DNA of 47,923 bases from an uncultured Gammaproteobacteria bacterium (GTDB lineage: Bacteria > Pseudomonadota > Gammaproteobacteria > CAYGKN01), in contig CAYGKN010000001.1 in assembly GCA_964350565.1 (NCBI GenBank), forward strand, positions 1-47,923, written 5' to 3'. The stretch's first letter is position 1. Every line of letters begins with the position of its first letter. The notes beneath the pieces were generated by a model that ran no database searches, was not told the origin of the DNA, and saw nothing but the letters and a program-made list of their open reading frames with translations. Positions 9,572 to 21,954 of this stretch are shown here, one piece after another. A program made the translations under genes and the position numbers.

Positions 9572-10198
9572 ATGTCAACTTTGGATATTTCTCAAAATCT
9601 GGTCCCCATGGTGGTGGAACGCAGCCCCCAAGGTGAGCGTGCTTATGATATTTTCTCTCGCCTACTCAAAGAGCGTTTGATTTTCTTGGTTGGCCAAATA
9701 GAAGAGAATATGGCCAATCTCATTGTCGCGCAGCTGTTATTCCTAGAATCTGAAAATCCAGAGAAAGACATTAGCCTCTACATCAACTCTCCTGGGGGAG
9801 TGGTCACCGCTGGTATGGCCATTTATGATACCATGCAATTCATCAAACCCCATGTCTCTACGATTTGTATCGGTCAAGCCGCCAGCGCAGCCGCGCTGCT
9901 ATTGGGAGCAGGAGAAAAAGGCAAACGCTATGCATTGCCTCATTCACGCGTGATGATTCACCAGCCACTGGGAGGATATCAAGGCCAGGCCACAGATATT
10001 GAAATTCATGCCAGAGAAACCATGTTAGTGAAAAAGACCATGAATGAAATTATGTCCAAACATACAGGAAAAACCCCAGATCAAGTTCGACAAGACACGG
10101 AGAGAGATAATTTTATGAGTAGTTATGAAGCCATGGAATATGGCTTGATCGATTCAGTGATTACTGAGCGAACGGCTATTCGCAAAGAAGAGACATAA
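9572..10198 (+). CDS. clpP: ATP-dependent Clp protease proteolytic subunit
   Basis: VPMVVE....[30 protein letters not shown] (catalytic Ser) and MIHQPLGG. The ATG at 9572 is preferred over the GTG at 9569 because of its spacing from AAGGAG. Confidence 0.95.
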   Translation: MSTLDISQNLVPMVVERSPQGERAYDIFSRLLKERLIFLVGQIEENMANLIVAQLLFLESENPEKDISLYINSPGGVVTAGMAIYDTMQFIKPHVSTICIGQAASAAALLLGAGEKGKRYALPHSRVMIHQPLGGYQGQATDIEIHARETMLVKKTMNEIMSKHTGKTPDQVRQDTERDNFMSSYEAMEYGLIDSVITERTAIRKEET

Positions 10199-10213
10199 GC
10201 GCGAGGTTATTAC

Positions 10214-11485
10214 ATGGCAAAAAAACGTCACTCTCAAGATTCAGGTCTGATTTGCTCCTTCTGTGGTAAAAACCAAAATGAGGTACGCAAATTAATTGCT
10301 GGGCCTACTGTCTATATTTGTGATGAGTGCATTAACCTTTGCAATGAAATCATTCAAGAAGAAGTCAAGCAATCCCCCACAGGGTCTAGCTTTTCTCCTG
10401 CGCAATTGCCAACTCCTGAAGAGATCCATGAAAAATTCAAGGAATATGTCATTCAGCAAGAAAAAGCCATTAAAATTTTATCGGTGGCTGTGTATAACCA
10501 TTACAAACGCATCTACCACACCTTCAAAGAAGTAGAAGTCGCTAAAAGTAATATTTTGTTGATTGGTCCAACCGGGAGTGGAAAAACCTTACTCGCTCAA
10601 ACCTTAGCACGCATGCTAAATGTGCCTTTGGCTATTGCCGATGCCACCACACTGACAGAGGCTGGCTATGTGGGAGAAGATGTAGAAAATATCATTCAAA
10701 AACTTTTACAAAAATGTGATTATGATGTAGAAAAAGCCCAGCGCGGCATCATCTACATTGATGAAATCGATAAAATCACAAGAAAATCTGAAAACCCCTC
10801 TATCACCAGAGACGTCTCTGGTGAGGGTGTTCAGCAAGCCTTGCTCAAACTCATCGAAGGCACGGTTGCCTCTGTGCCCCCCCAAGGAGGGCGCAAGCAT
10901 CCTCAGCAAGACTGCTTACAGGTTGATACCAGCAATATCTTATTTATCTGTGGGGGCGCTTTTTCCGGTTTAGACAGAGTCATTCGTGCACGTCTGGATA
11001 CCAGCAGCATTGGATTCACTGCAGACGTGATCAGTGGAAAAGACACGAAGAAACTGAGTACATTGTTTGAGTCTGTAGAGCCCGATGATCTGGTAAAGTT
11101 CGGTTTAATCCCTGAGTTGGTAGGACGATTGCCGGTAATTGCCACTCTGGAAGATTTAGATGAAGCCGCATTGGCCCGAATTTTAGTAGAGCCTAAAAAT
11201 GCCTTGTTAAAACAATACATCGCCCTGATGGATCTTGAAGATGTGGAATTAATTTTCAAAGATGAAGCCATTGGCGCCATTGCCAAAAAAGGTTATGAAC
11301 GCAAAACAGGAGCCCGTGGATTGCGATCCATCGTTGAGAACTTGTTGCTCGATGTCATGTACACAGCGCCTTCCCAACCCCACTTAAAACAAGTCATCAT
11401 CGATGCGTCTACAGTGCTTGAAAACACCCCTCCATTGATGATTTTTGAAGAAGACACCCCTAAGCAAAAAACTAGAGAGTCCTAA
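10214..11485 (+). CDS. clpX: ATP-dependent Clp protease ATP-binding subunit ClpX
   Basis: Zinc finger CSFCGK...YICDECI, Walker A GPTGSGKT, Walker [10 protein letters not shown]. Confidence 0.96.
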   Translation: MAKKRHSQDSGLICSFCGKNQNEVRKLIAGPTVYICDECINLCNEIIQEEVKQSPTGSSFSPAQLPTPEEIHEKFKEYVIQQEKAIKILSVAVYNHYKRIYHTFKEVEVAKSNILLIGPTGSGKTLLAQTLARMLNVPLAIADATTLTEAGYVGEDVENIIQKLLQKCDYDVEKAQRGIIYIDEIDKITRKSENPSITRDVSGEGVQQALLKLIEGTVASVPPQGGRKHPQQDCLQVDTSNILFICGGAFSGLDRVIRARLDTSSIGFTADVISGKDTKKLSTLFESVEPDDLVKFGLIPELVGRLPVIATLEDLDEAALARILVEPKNALLKQYIALMDLEDVELIFKDEAIGAIAKKGYERKTGARGLRSIVENLLLDVMYTAPSQPHLKQVIIDASTVLENTPPLMIFEEDTPKQKTRES

Positions 11486-13875
11486 TGACGAGAAAAAAGA
11501 TCACCCCTAAACCTAGTACCCTACCCATTCTACCTCTGCGAGACACCATTCCCTTCCCTGGTACCATCATTCCACTGTTTGTGGCCCGAGAGGCTTCTAT
11601 GGCTGCCTTAAGGGTGGCTGAAGAAAATCGGGGATATATTTTTCTAGCCACGCAATTCGAACCCGAATTGCTAGATCCCACCTTATCCGATCTCTATCCT
11701 GTGGGCACCCGAGCCAAAATCCTTCAACTGCTCCAACTCCCTGATGAAACCTTAAAAGTGTTGGTGGATGTCGATCACCGCGGAGAAATTGCTTCAACAC
11801 AACCTGAATCGACATCTGCAAATGGGTACTTGGCTGCTGAAATCACATTTTTTCAAGATGAGCCGGTTCGAGCCTCACATGAGCTGCGTGCCTTAATTAA
11901 CAATATCCATGAGTGTTTCTCTATATTTCTAGATCTCTACAAAAAAATTCCTAATGAAATTAGTCGAACCCTAAAAAATATTGAGGATCTCACCCTGTTG
12001 ATCGACAGCATTGCCACACAACTACCACTTTCCATTGAAAAAAAATACGACTTATTAAAAGAGGTGAATTTGAGTCAACGCGCGCGTTTACTTTTGATGA
12101 TGTTGGCCGGAGAAATTGAACGATTAGAAATCGAGCAAAATATTCGACAAGATATTAAAAGCAAAGCAGAAAAACATCATCGAGATTATTATTTGCGCGA
12201 GCAAATTCATGCCCTCAAAAAAGAATTGGGTGAAGATGAAGAAATTGATGAAATTGAGAATTTTCATCAACGGATCATCAAAAAGAAATGTTCTCACGAA
12301 GCCAAAGAAAAATGTTTATCTGAGTTAAAAAAACTCAGACAAATGTCTCCTATTTCTGCAGAGGCTCACATCTGCCGCAATTATATCGAAACTCTTCTTG
12401 AGCTTCCCTGGTCGAAACATTCTCGCATCAATAAAGATCTCAACAAGGCAGAAGCGATTTTAGATGCTGAGCACTATGGCTTAGAAAAAGTAAAAGAACG
12501 CATTCTAGAATACCTAGCCGTTCAACAGCGGGTCAAGAAAGTAAAATCCCAACTTCTATGTCTTGTGGGTCCACCCGGTGTGGGAAAAACTTCTCTGGCA
12601 GCCTCCATTGCCAAAGCCACAGGGCGTCCTTATGTGCGTGTTGCTCTAGGTGGCGTGAGAGATGAAGCAGAAATTAGAGGTCATCGACGCACTTATCTTG
12701 GTGCCATGCCAGGGAAAATCATACAGAAACTCACTAAAGCAGGTGCGAATAATCCCTTATTTTTATTGGATGAAGTCGATAAAATGTCGATGGATTTTCG
12801 GGGCGATCCAGCCTCCGCTCTTTTAGAGGTTTTGGATCCAGAGCAAAACCACACTTTCAATGATCATTTTCTAGAGGTGGATTATGATCTCTCTCACGTC
12901 ATGTTCTTAGCCACCGCCAATACCGAAAATCTTCCTCCTGCGCTTTTGGATCGCATGGAAATCATTCGCATTCCCGGCTACACCGAGCATGAAAAAAAAC
13001 ACATTGCCAAAGAGTATTTGATCAAGAAGCAATGTGAACTGAATGGCATCAAGAATAAAGAATTGTTCATCACCGATGATGCCCTCATTGAGCTCATCCG
13101 CACCTACACACGTGAGGCCGGTGTGAGAGCGCTTGATAGATCACTGGCGAAAATCGCTAGAAAAGTGGTCTATCGCCAGCAAAAAGATCCGCACCCTTTA
13201 CCCATCACCATCGATAAAAATAATTTAAACACCTATTTGGGGATCCCTCCTTATCGTTATGGTCAGAAAAAAGGTGAGTCTCATATTGGGCAGGTCACCG
13301 GTCTCGCCTGGACTGGCAGTGGTGGAGAGTTGCTCACACTAGAGGTCGCCCTAATCGATGGCAAAGGTAAAATTGAGAGCACGGGTTCTTTGGGAGAGGT
13401 GATGCAAGAATCCATTAAAGCCGCTTGGACTGTGGCACGCAAGCATGCCAAAGAGTTTGGTCTTTCTCCTGGTTTTTATGAAAAGCATGATGTACATATT
13501 CATGTTCCTGAGGGAGCGATCCCCAAAGATGGTCCCAGTGCAGGCATTGGCATTTGCACCGCGTTAATTTCAGCCCTCACAGAAAAACCTGTGGCTAGCA
13601 ATCTAGCCATGACCGGAGAGATTACGCTCAGTGGGGAGGTCCTTGCCATTGGGGGGCTTAAGGAAAAATTATTGGCTGCAGTGCGTGGAGAAATACGTAA
13701 GGTGTATATCCCTAAAGACAATGTCAAAGATTTATCGGAAATCCCCAAAGACATTACTGAGCAACTGCACATCACACCAGTAGAATCTATCGATGAAGTA
13801 TTTCAGTCATTGTTTCCCAAAAAGAAAAAAGCAAAGCGGGTAGCAAAGGCGAAACCTTCCGTACAAGCTCACTAA
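11485..13875 (+). CDS. lon: Lon protease
   Basis: LPILPLRDTIPFPG N-domain, Walker A GPPGVGKTS, and protease Ser in PKDGPSAG. The start overlaps the clpX stop (TAATG). Confidence 0.96.
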   Translation: MTRKKITPKPSTLPILPLRDTIPFPGTIIPLFVAREASMAALRVAEENRGYIFLATQFEPELLDPTLSDLYPVGTRAKILQLLQLPDETLKVLVDVDHRGEIASTQPESTSANGYLAAEITFFQDEPVRASHELRALINNIHECFSIFLDLYKKIPNEISRTLKNIEDLTLLIDSIATQLPLSIEKKYDLLKEVNLSQRARLLLMMLAGEIERLEIEQNIRQDIKSKAEKHHRDYYLREQIHALKKELGEDEEIDEIENFHQRIIKKKCSHEAKEKCLSELKKLRQMSPISAEAHICRNYIETLLELPWSKHSRINKDLNKAEAILDAEHYGLEKVKERILEYLAVQQRVKKVKSQLLCLVGPPGVGKTSLAASIAKATGRPYVRVALGGVRDEAEIRGHRRTYLGAMPGKIIQKLTKAGANNPLFLLDEVDKMSMDFRGDPASALLEVLDPEQNHTFNDHFLEVDYDLSHVMFLATANTENLPPALLDRMEIIRIPGYTEHEKKHIAKEYLIKKQCELNGIKNKELFITDDALIELIRTYTREAGVRALDRSLAKIARKVVYRQQKDPHPLPITIDKNNLNTYLGIPPYRYGQKKGESHIGQVTGLAWTGSGGELLTLEVALIDGKGKIESTGSLGEVMQESIKAAWTVARKHAKEFGLSPGFYEKHDVHIHVPEGAIPKDGPSAGIGICTALISALTEKPVASNLAMTGEITLSGEVLAIGGLKEKLLAAVRGEIRKVYIPKDNVKDLSEIPKDITEQLHITPVESIDEVFQSLFPKKKKAKRVAKAKPSVQAH

Positions 13876-13878
13876 CCG

Positions 13879-14937
13879 ATGAGAGATCTTCGGATCATTG
13901 GGCGCGACTGGTACGCCTCACTATTTGTGTTGTTGGCACAAACGCTGTTGGCATTGTTATTGTTTTTTATTCTCAACCAATGGATCCGTTATTTAAACGA
14001 TGCCAGCAATGGCAAAGTGGCGCTGTTGTGGATCCTACAAGCACTCTGGTTAGAGCTCCCACATTTAACGGCATTATTATTGCCTCTGGCATGGTATTTG
14101 AGTTTGCTCATTTTACTCAACCGCCAGCAAATGCATGGAGAATTGGTGGCTTGGCAATCGTTTGGATTGTCTGGTCGAGATTTTCTAAAGATCCTCGCAA
14201 AGCCCACTTTGCTATTGGCCGCTCTTGTGGCTTGGTTGAATTTTTATGGAGTCCCCCATTGGATTTATCAACGTGATTTATTTCTCAAGCGCCAAGGCAC
14301 TGAAACATGGCTCTCTCTCATTCGGGCCAAGCATTTTCAAACCCTACCCGGTCATCAAACCACTTTTTACGTTCGTGAAATCAACACCAAAAAAGACAGC
14401 TGGAAAGATATTTTCATTGCACTCCCCTCAAATCACCACAGCTGGCAAATCATCACCGCAAAAAGTGCAAAGTTCCACTACGATCAACACCATCATCACC
14501 ACACGCTTATCTTAGCGCATGGCAATCGCTATGAAGGCTTCTCTCCTTCTACTCCGGTAGAGCTCCTACATTTTGATGCCTTGGGCATGCATTTATATCT
14601 CGACCCGCCCAACAATAAACGAGAAGCGAATGCCATTCCCACTTCACAACTGGGTCATCAACTCACCGACATTGCTCAATGGCACTGGCGTGCAGGGATC
14701 CCCATTTCTCTCGTCGTCTTAAGCATCACCGCTCTAGGTCTCATTCAAAAAAATAGGCGTGGCAGCTGGTTAGGCAATCTACCTCTGGCACTGTTGATTT
14801 ATTTAGGTTATGCGAATGGATTATTCATGGCCCGCGCTTGGATCCAACACGGCACCATCCCCTCCATCCTGGGCTTTTGGTGGTTACACGCTTTCTTTCT
14901 TGGGCTGGCTTGTTGGTGCTATCGACGGCGATGGTAG
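13879..14937 (+). CDS. LptF/LptG-family LPS export permease
   Basis: 352 aa. Topology is 3 TM helices, a periplasmic beta-jellyroll-like segment, then 3 TM helices. The N-terminus R.I.RY......L......L..IF...Q is typical of the family. F versus G is not resolved. Confidence 0.75.
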   Translation: MRDLRIIGRDWYASLFVLLAQTLLALLLFFILNQWIRYLNDASNGKVALLWILQALWLELPHLTALLLPLAWYLSLLILLNRQQMHGELVAWQSFGLSGRDFLKILAKPTLLLAALVAWLNFYGVPHWIYQRDLFLKRQGTETWLSLIRAKHFQTLPGHQTTFYVREINTKKDSWKDIFIALPSNHHSWQIITAKSAKFHYDQHHHHHTLILAHGNRYEGFSPSTPVELLHFDALGMHLYLDPPNNKREANAIPTSQLGHQLTDIAQWHWRAGIPISLVVLSITALGLIQKNRRGSWLGNLPLALLIYLGYANGLFMARAWIQHGTIPSILGFWWLHAFFLGLACWCYRRRW

Positions 14938-14950
14938 GGGTGAAAAAAAT

Positions 14951-15397
14951 TCACACCATCGCCCAAGGGGGCGCTTGATACTTCTGCCAAATACTCTGCC
15001 AGAGCACCCACAATGCTCCAGTAGAGATTGCGCTCGCCAAGGTATACCAAGACCAGTGCCAAGGGGGCAAACATTCATAGCCCACAGCAAGTAAGAACAC
15101 CCACATGCCTTGCTGAATGGGGGCTATCATTTGCATTTGAGGTTTTTGCCAGCGACAAATAGCCAACGCCGAGATCAGAAACAAGCCATGCAAACCCAAT
15201 ATATTTCCACAAAACACATCCAGGAAAAATGCAAAAAGCACCCACAAGAACATGGTAAATTCCCCCGCATACCAACTCGATAACACCAATAGCCAAATGA
15301 TGGGATTGGGAAATCCCAGTACATGATCAAAACGTGCAGAAAACACGGTCCAAAGCATCAAGAAACACCAACCCCATACGGGCAAAAATCGCTTCAT
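14951..15397 (-). CDS. mreD: Rod shape-determining protein MreD
   Basis: 148-aa polytopic membrane protein immediately after mreC (ATGA overlap). It has an FFLD...G.ILGLH..FL motif. Confidence 0.85.
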   Translation of the reverse strand: MKRFLPVWGWCFLMLWTVFSARFDHVLGFPNPIIWLLVLSSWYAGEFTMFLWVLFAFFLDVFCGNILGLHGLFLISALAICRWQKPQMQMIAPIQQGMWVFLLAVGYECLPPWHWSWYTLASAISTGALWVLWQSIWQKYQAPPWAMV

Positions 15398-16230
15398 CGC
15401 AACAACCTCATATTCTTTAACGCCTTATCATCTAAGAGTAACAAGAATCGACTGCGATCCAGATGTGCTGAGGGGAGAATATTGACATGTAGAAAATTCG
15501 CCCCAGGCTCCATGCGAATACTCAACACTTTTCCTAAAAGAAAACCGGAGGGAAATAGGCTATCCAAACCAGAGGTACGCACTTCATCTCCCACCTGAAT
15601 ATCACTGTGTTGAGCGAGATATAAGCCTTCCAACCAACCCATACGCCCTCGACCACTAGCAATAAACCTCAAGCCATTCCTGGAGAGGACCGCAGGTACC
15701 GCAATACTCGTCACCACGCTAATTTCACTGGTTTGAGGATAAACCCGTGTAACTTGACCAAACACCCCTCCCTCATCGAGCACCGGTGTTCCCAACACCA
15801 CGCCCTCTTTAGATCCTTTATCGATAATCAGCTTTTGTTGCTCAAGCCCCGGCACCACTCCCAAAACATGAGCAATATGCACTTTGGAAACCTCACTGTT
15901 AAAGGCATGCACCAACCGTTTTAACGCCTCATATTCAGATAACAAAGCCTGCAACTGTTGCACTCTCGCATTCAATAACACAGACTGTAAGCGCAGACGC
16001 TGATTCTCCAGCGCCAGTAGATCGTGAGCCGCCCAGCTGTCTAATATCCAATCCCACATTTCTCCAGGCAATGCCAACGCACCTAAGACGGGCCTGGATA
16101 TAGACTCTAGCGCTCTTCTAGCGGGATTTTGCCATTGCCAATGATATGTGAGCACCAAAAACATATTCAATAACAACCAAAAAGCCACGTGCTGAAAGTA
16201 ACGCCAATCTTGGTTGAATAAACGACGCAT
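15394..16230 (-). CDS. mreC: Rod shape-determining protein MreC
   Basis: N-terminal TM helix, coiled coil (ENQRLRLQ...LLSEYEALK), beta-rich C-terminus (GLVGQV..V....S.V..IT). The start overlaps the mreB stop (TAATG). Confidence 0.9.
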   Translation of the reverse strand: MRRLFNQDWRYFQHVAFWLLLNMFLVLTYHWQWQNPARRALESISRPVLGALALPGEMWDWILDSWAAHDLLALENQRLRLQSVLLNARVQQLQALLSEYEALKRLVHAFNSEVSKVHIAHVLGVVPGLEQQKLIIDKGSKEGVVLGTPVLDEGGVFGQVTRVYPQTSEISVVTSIAVPAVLSRNGLRFIASGRGRMGWLEGLYLAQHSDIQVGDEVRTSGLDSLFPSGFLLGKVLSIRMEPGANFLHVNILPSAHLDRSRFLLLLDDKALKNMRLLR

Positions 16231-17282
16231 TATTCAGTAGACAAGAATTCCCCACTGACTGAACCCACCATTTCTAAGGCGCGACCACCTCCTCTGGCAA
16301 CACAAGTTAGGGGGTCTTCTGCAACAATCACGGGCAAACCGGTTTCTTCCATCAAGAGTTTGTCTAAGTGCTTGAGCAACGCTCCACCACCAGTCAATAC
16401 CATACCACGCTCAGCAATGTCTCCAGCCAATTCTGGTGGAGCTTGCTCTAGTGCCGCGCGCACCGCGCCGACAATACCCGATAACGGCTCTTGTAAGGCT
16501 TCTAGAATTTCATTGCTATTGAGAATAAAACTACGTGGAATGCCTTCGGATAAATTACGCCCACGCACTTGGATTTCTTCTACCTCAGAACTGGGGAATG
16601 CACTACCAATTTCTCGCTTAATGCGCTCTGCCGTCGGTTCCCCAATGAGGGTGCCATAATGACGACGCACATAATTCACAATAGCTTCATCGAAACGATC
16701 ACCACCAATGCGCACCGATTGAGAATACACAATACCACTCAAAGAAATAATCGCCACTTCCGTGGTTCCCCCACCGATATCCACCACCATCGAACCGCTG
16801 GCTTCATGCACCGGTAAGCCAGCCCCCATGGCGGCAGCCATAGGCTCTTCGATGAGATACACTTCTCGAGCACCTGCCCCCATCGCGGACTCACGAATGG
16901 CACGACGCTCTACTTGTGTAGAGCCACAAGGCACACAGACCAATACCCGAGGACTCGGTCGAAGAAAACGACTGCGATGTACTTTGTGAATAAAATGCTG
17001 CAGCATTTTTTCTGTGACATAGAAATCTGCAATCACCCCATCTTTCAATGGACGAATGGCCGTGATGTTGCTGGGCGTGCGCCCCAACATCGGCCAAGCA
17101 TCGACCCCCACTGCAATCACACGGCGCTGAGAACCCTTGTCCTGAATTGCCGCCACAGAAGGTTCATTTAAACGCAATACCATCTGGCCCGTCTTGGGAT
17201 CGCGAATGCTGATGAGTGTATTCGCCGTCCCCAAATCAATAGATAGATCGCTAGAGTATAATCCTCGGAATTTTTTTATCAT
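16230..17282 (-). CDS. mreB: Rod shape-determining actin homologue MreB
   Basis: [24 protein letters not shown]... and [14 protein letters not shown]. The ATG at 17282, with GGAG 9 nt upstream, is preferred over the TTG at 17297 given in the track. Confidence 0.95.
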   Translation of the reverse strand: MIKKFRGLYSSDLSIDLGTANTLISIRDPKTGQMVLRLNEPSVAAIQDKGSQRRVIAVGVDAWPMLGRTPSNITAIRPLKDGVIADFYVTEKMLQHFIHKVHRSRFLRPSPRVLVCVPCGSTQVERRAIRESAMGAGAREVYLIEEPMAAAMGAGLPVHEASGSMVVDIGGGTTEVAIISLSGIVYSQSVRIGGDRFDEAIVNYVRRHYGTLIGEPTAERIKREIGSAFPSSEVEEIQVRGRNLSEGIPRSFILNSNEILEALQEPLSGIVGAVRAALEQAPPELAGDIAERGMVLTGGGALLKHLDKLLMEETGLPVIVAEDPLTCVARGGGRALEMVGSVSGEFLSTE

Positions 17283-17350
17283 TGACTCTTGCTCCAAATT
17301 TCAGTTAATGTAGCTCTAGGTCATATTAACCGATTGTAGAAGGCTAAACA

Positions 17351-17650
17351 ATGCATCCTGACGACTTGGTGTCCAAAATGGCACAATTGGCAAAAATTCA
17401 GCTGGAGTCTCCCGAGCTTCGTTTAAAAATGGAGCAAAGCATCTCCGCTATTCTGGACATATTCACTCAACTGGAGAGTGCACCTGTTGGGGATCTACCT
17501 CCCCTCTTCCATCCACTGGATATCTCTCAACCCCTCAGAGCAGATGTCAGCGAAAGCGCTTCCATCGATCGCACGGCCAACCAGCAAAGTGCGCCTGAAG
17601 TCTTAGAGGGGCTCTACATGGTCCCTGAAGTCATTCAAGACGGAAATTAA
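17351..17650 (+). CDS. gatC: Asp/Glu-tRNA amidotransferase subunit C
   Basis: 99 aa with LAKIQL..PE......SAIL......L... It heads the gatCAB operon, divergent from mreB. Confidence 0.88.
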   Translation: MHPDDLVSKMAQLAKIQLESPELRLKMEQSISAILDIFTQLESAPVGDLPPLFHPLDISQPLRADVSESASIDRTANQQSAPEVLEGLYMVPEVIQDGN

Positions 17651-17652
17651 TC

Positions 17653-19113
17653 ATGCTTCACGAACGCACCATCTCTGAACACTTATCCGCGCTCTCCCAA
17701 GGGGAATACGTGGTTAACACCCTCATTACTCATTATCTTGAAAGGATTGCGATACACAACCCCAAACTCAATGCCTTGATCACCACTTTTGAAGAAACAG
17801 CACATCAACAAGCACAACAAGCCCAAGAACGTTATGCATCTGGACACGCGCGCCCCCTAGAAGGGATCCCCATTCTACACAAAGATATTTTTTGTATGAT
17901 CACCGGCCAGACCACTTGCGCCTCAAAAATGCTTTCTGCCTTTCAATCCCCCTATAATGCCCATATTGTAGAGCAACTGGAAGCAGCAGGCGCCATTTGC
18001 TTGGGCAAAACCAATATGGATGAATTTGCCATGGGTTCTTCCAACGAGCACAGTTTTTATGGAAGTGTCTCCAATCCTTGGAAATTGGATTGTGTACCGG
18101 GGGGATCTTCTGGGGGCTCTGCCGCCGCCATGGCCGCTCGTCTCTCTTGTGCCGCCACTGGCACAGACACCGGCGGCTCGATTCGACAACCCGCGGCATT
18201 TTGTGGGATCACCGGTCTTAAACCCACTTACGGATTAATTTCGCGTTATGGGCAAGTCGCCTTTGCTTCAAGTCTCGATCAAGCCGGCCCCATGACCGCC
18301 AATGCAGAAGATGCTGCCCATTTACTCAACCTGATGAGTACCTATGACCCTAGAGATTCGACCTGTGTGAAAAGAGATCGGCCCGATTATCTGAAAGGAT
18401 TGACCCAATCGGTGAAGGATCAGAAAATTGGCATATTAGAGGGTTGGTTTGATGCCTGTCACACCAAAACCATTCATCAAGCGGCCCATGAAGCATTGAA
18501 TGTGTTGAATACCCTGGGGATAAGCGCACAACCTGCCAACGTGGCTCACAATGAGTTGAGTGTGGCAACTTATTACGTCTTGGCCCCTGCAGAGGCCAGC
18601 AGTAACTTAGCGCGTTATGATGGCATTCGTTATACGTATCGCTGTAGCAATCCTGAAAATCTTGAAGATCTCTACACCCGTACGCGTTCAGAGGGTTTTG
18701 GAGATGAAGTCAAACGTCGCATTTTAATCGGCACCTACGTCCTCTCTGCAGGACACTTTGATGCCCACTATACCAAAGCCCAAAAAGTTCGCCGTTTGAT
18801 TCAGCAGGCCTTTCTAAAGGCACTAGATACGCATGATTATTTGCTTGCTCCCACAACCCCCTCCAGTGCATTCCTGAAAGGAGCGGTTAAGGATCCCATT
18901 GCCATGTACTATCAAGACTGCTTCACGATCGGTGTGAATTTAGCAGGTCTGCCTGCAATCACCTTCCCTGCAGGCTTTGATGAAAAAGGCTTGCCGATTG
19001 GGTTGCAATTGATTGGTCGACATTTTAGTGAGGAGAAGCTCTTGGCACTGGTTCATCAATTTCAACAACACACCGACTGGCATCAACGTTTACCCACGGG
19101 AGTGAATGCATGA
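17653..19113 (+). CDS. gatA: Asp/Glu-tRNA amidotransferase subunit A
   Basis: Amidase signature [13 protein letters not shown]...[17 protein letters not shown]. Confidence 0.95.
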   Translation: MLHERTISEHLSALSQGEYVVNTLITHYLERIAIHNPKLNALITTFEETAHQQAQQAQERYASGHARPLEGIPILHKDIFCMITGQTTCASKMLSAFQSPYNAHIVEQLEAAGAICLGKTNMDEFAMGSSNEHSFYGSVSNPWKLDCVPGGSSGGSAAAMAARLSCAATGTDTGGSIRQPAAFCGITGLKPTYGLISRYGQVAFASSLDQAGPMTANAEDAAHLLNLMSTYDPRDSTCVKRDRPDYLKGLTQSVKDQKIGILEGWFDACHTKTIHQAAHEALNVLNTLGISAQPANVAHNELSVATYYVLAPAEASSNLARYDGIRYTYRCSNPENLEDLYTRTRSEGFGDEVKRRILIGTYVLSAGHFDAHYTKAQKVRRLIQQAFLKALDTHDYLLAPTTPSSAFLKGAVKDPIAMYYQDCFTIGVNLAGLPAITFPAGFDEKGLPIGLQLIGRHFSEEKLLALVHQFQQHTDWHQRLPTGVNA

Positions 19114-20543
19114 GTGAGTTTGAAACTGTCATTGGCTTGGAAGTCCATGTTCAATTAAATACCCAATCGAAGTTATTTTCCTCCTCCCCCACAACCTTCG
19201 GGGCCAAGCCCAATACCCAAGCCTCTGTCATTGATTTAGGCTTACCGGGAGTACTGCCAGTGCTCAATGAAGAGGCACTGAGAATGGCCGTGGCATTTGG
19301 ATTAAGCATTGATGCGCAAATCAATCACGCCAGTGTATTTGCCAGAAAAAATTATTTTTATCCCGATCTTCCCAAAGGCTATCAAATCAGCCAGTTTGAC
19401 GAACCCATTGTCAAAGAAGGCACGCTTTCCATTGTGGATGATGAAGGTGCCACTCATGTCATTCCGATTGTTCGAGCGCATTTAGAAGAAGATGCGGGTA
19501 AATCTTTGCATGAAGGATTTGTCGGTGCTTCAGGCATTGATTTAAATCGCGCGGGCATTCCATTGCTGGAAGTGGTCAGCGCCCCTGCACTCTCTAGCGC
19601 TAAAATGGCGGTGCGTTATTTAAAAACGCTACACGCACTCGTTAAATCTTTAAAAATTTGTACCGGTCATTTGCAGCAGGGCGCTTTTCGTGTCGATGCC
19701 AATGTCTCTGTACGCCCCACAGGTACTACCGTGTTGGGCACTCGAACAGAAATCAAAAACATCAATTCCTTTCGTTTTGTAGAACGTGCCATTCTCTATG
19801 AAGCCCAACGCCAAATTTTATGCATCAAAAATGGTGGCACCATCGTACAAGAAACGCGACTCTATGATCCAGCAAAAGATGAAACACGTAGCATGCGCAG
19901 CAAAGAAGATGCTCATGATTATCGTTACTTTTCTGATCCCGATTTATTGCCAGTGCATATTGAATCTGCCTGGATAGAAAACATTCGTTCTTCACTGCCA
20001 GAATTGCCCGCGGAGAAAAAACAGCGTTTTATCGATGAACATGAGTTAAATAATTATGATGCCTCCGTACTCACTGCAGATCCCGCACTCGCTGAATACT
20101 TTGAAAAGGTATTAGAACGCACCAGTGCACCGGCGAAAATAGTAAGCAATTGGGTGAGTACAGAAGTATTGGCTTGGCTGAATAAACACGCTTTGGCAAT
20201 TGAAGAGTGCCCACTACCCTCTGATTGTTTATCGACTTTGCTCTCTCGCATTCAAGAAGGAAAGATTTCCGGAAAAATTGCAAAAGCGTTATTTGAGCAA
20301 CTCTGGGAAACTCCTGGCGATGTCGATGCCTTGATTGAATCACAAGGCTTAAGCCAAGTCTCAGATACTTCGGAGTTGATGAGAGTGATTGATGAAATCA
20401 TTGCACAACATCCCACTCAACAACACCAATATCGAGAAGGTAAAGAAAAACTATTCGGATTTTTTGTAGGACAAATCATGAAAGCCACCAAAGGACGGGC
20501 AAATCCTGAATTGGTCAACCGTTTGTTAAAGGAAAAATTGTGA
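19110..20543 (+). CDS. gatB: Asp/Glu-tRNA amidotransferase subunit B
   Basis: [34 protein letters not shown] and HLEEDAGK. The start overlaps the gatA stop (ATGA). Confidence 0.95.
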   Translation: MSEFETVIGLEVHVQLNTQSKLFSSSPTTFGAKPNTQASVIDLGLPGVLPVLNEEALRMAVAFGLSIDAQINHASVFARKNYFYPDLPKGYQISQFDEPIVKEGTLSIVDDEGATHVIPIVRAHLEEDAGKSLHEGFVGASGIDLNRAGIPLLEVVSAPALSSAKMAVRYLKTLHALVKSLKICTGHLQQGAFRVDANVSVRPTGTTVLGTRTEIKNINSFRFVERAILYEAQRQILCIKNGGTIVQETRLYDPAKDETRSMRSKEDAHDYRYFSDPDLLPVHIESAWIENIRSSLPELPAEKKQRFIDEHELNNYDASVLTADPALAEYFEKVLERTSAPAKIVSNWVSTEVLAWLNKHALAIEECPLPSDCLSTLLSRIQEGKISGKIAKALFEQLWETPGDVDALIESQGLSQVSDTSELMRVIDEIIAQHPTQQHQYREGKEKLFGFFVGQIMKATKGRANPELVNRLLKEKL

Positions 20544-21787
20544 CAACACCAACCATTTTAAAACGTGGAATTTTCATCTGGATGCTGGGAACATTATTTT
20601 ATTGTTACCAATTCTTTTTAAAGGTCTCCCCCAGTGTCATGGTTCCAGAATTAATGCGAACCTTTCAAGTAGATGCATTAACTCTTGGTCGCATTAGTGC
20701 CTTTTATTTTTATGCTTACGCTGGAATGCAAATCCCTGTGGGTCTGTTGCTCGATCGATTTGGTGCCAGACGTTTATTGTTTGTGTCTAGTCTATTGTGC
20801 ACATTGGGTTGTTTGTGCTTTGCCAAGGCATTGACCATTCCCCTCGCCGAATTGGGACGTTTAATCATTGGGATGGGTGCTGCCTTCGCTCTCATTAGTA
20901 CTCTCAAACTGATGTCCAATTGGCTGCCTGCCAAACGCATTGCCTTTTTCAGTGGACTCACCTTGGCCGCAGGCATGCTCGGTGCGATTTTAGGAGAAAC
21001 GATATTATCGACGCTGGTAGACAATTTAGGCTGGAGATCCAGTTTGATGTTATTGTTTTTCATCGGGTTGGTACTCTGGAGTCAGATAGCACTCTGGGTC
21101 AGGGAATATCCCTCTGGACAATGCCAAAATACCCACAACAGCAGTTCTGTTGCCGAGGTACTGCGCGGATTAAATGTCATCATCCGCAATCCCTATGCAT
21201 GGTCAACCGCATTATTCTCAGGATTAATGTACGCCCCCACAGAAGCGTTTGCTTCCCTATGGGGAACCTCATTTTTAGTCGAACACAGTCACTACACTCG
21301 ACATGCTGCGGGTTTTCTCGTTTCTTTTATTTTTCTAGGTTATCTCATCGGGGCTCCCATATTTGGTGCATACTCTGATCGAACGGGCAGCCGAAAAAAA
21401 CCAATGCTATTGGGCGCCATCGGTTCATTTGTTTCACTCACTGCTGTCATTTATGCTCCCTCATTGCCTCATACCATAGAAGCACTTTTCTTATTTGCTT
21501 ATGGATTTTTTGGGAGTGCATTTTTTATCGCATTCACCTTAATCCGTGAAATTCATACTCCTGAAGTCACCGGAACCGCTCTGGGTTTCATCAATGGATT
21601 AAATATGATCGGGGGCGCCATTCTGCAACCCACCATTGGTCGCCTTTTAGATAAATTCTGGTTAGGAGATTGGGCCCTGGGTGCTAGAACTTATCACATC
21701 AATGCTTATCATCATGCTCTGGCTATTTTGCCCATTATTTTATTTGCGGCCATTTGCTTGTGGCCTTTTTTGCCGGATGGGGATTAA
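20540..21787 (+). CDS. MFS transporter, substrate unknown
   Basis: About 12 predicted TM helices. The MFS loop 2-3 motif [13 protein letters not shown] is present. The GTG start overlaps the gatB stop (GTGA). Confidence 0.8.
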   Translation: MTTPTILKRGIFIWMLGTLFYCYQFFLKVSPSVMVPELMRTFQVDALTLGRISAFYFYAYAGMQIPVGLLLDRFGARRLLFVSSLLCTLGCLCFAKALTIPLAELGRLIIGMGAAFALISTLKLMSNWLPAKRIAFFSGLTLAAGMLGAILGETILSTLVDNLGWRSSLMLLFFIGLVLWSQIALWVREYPSGQCQNTHNSSSVAEVLRGLNVIIRNPYAWSTALFSGLMYAPTEAFASLWGTSFLVEHSHYTRHAAGFLVSFIFLGYLIGAPIFGAYSDRTGSRKKPMLLGAIGSFVSLTAVIYAPSLPHTIEALFLFAYGFFGSAFFIAFTLIREIHTPEVTGTALGFINGLNMIGGAILQPTIGRLLDKFWLGDWALGARTYHINAYHHALAILPIILFAAICLWPFLPDGD

Positions 21788-21954
21788 CTGTACCATCCTT
21801 CCCAGTGATAAGCGGGAATCTTTCTAAACGTAAAAAGCCTCTTGCTTTCCCCGCGATAACAATATAAACGAATTAAAAATCCCAAGGAACGACCAAAAAA
21901 CACACAAATCCTCCTTGGGAGCCGAGAAAGAAGGTCGATCCACCAAAGAAGGCA

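Noticed and set aside
10903-11286. 127-aa ORF antisense to clpX. Many similar antisense or off-frame ORFs were also noted, e.g. 4111-4566, 1640-1938, 16360-17171, 17900-18199, 20716-21378, 30014-30584, 36593-37057 and 42360-42683.
   Set aside because: All lie entirely inside strongly supported long CDSs on the other strand or in another frame. They show biased, low-complexity composition and no motifs, so they are typical shadow ORFs.
14488-14502. Run of five His codons (HHHHH) in the LptF/G-like permease
   Set aside because: It lies in the predicted periplasmic loop of an otherwise normal chromosomal gene. It is most likely a natural low-complexity insertion, and nothing suggests a vector-derived tag.
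14938-14950. 13-nt convergent gap between the lptF/G-like gene and mreD as a possible bidirectional terminator
   Set aside because: No stem-loop can be drawn in or around the 13 nt. It is probably just tight packing of convergent genes.
21800-21830. gataagcgggaatctttc upstream of TcA as a possible remnant of the attcccgc...gcgggaat REP hairpin, and so an island-border marker
   Set aside because: Only an 8-nt match (gcgggaat) with no palindromic partner, which is not distinguishable from chance.
21881-21919. 8-bp inverted repeat CCCAAGGA...TCCTTGGG with a 23-nt loop, between the MFS gene and the Tc promoter
   Set aside because: The loop is large and no T-tract follows, so it is not a convincing intrinsic terminator. 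It might be an operator, but a single 8-bp pair is within chance expectation.
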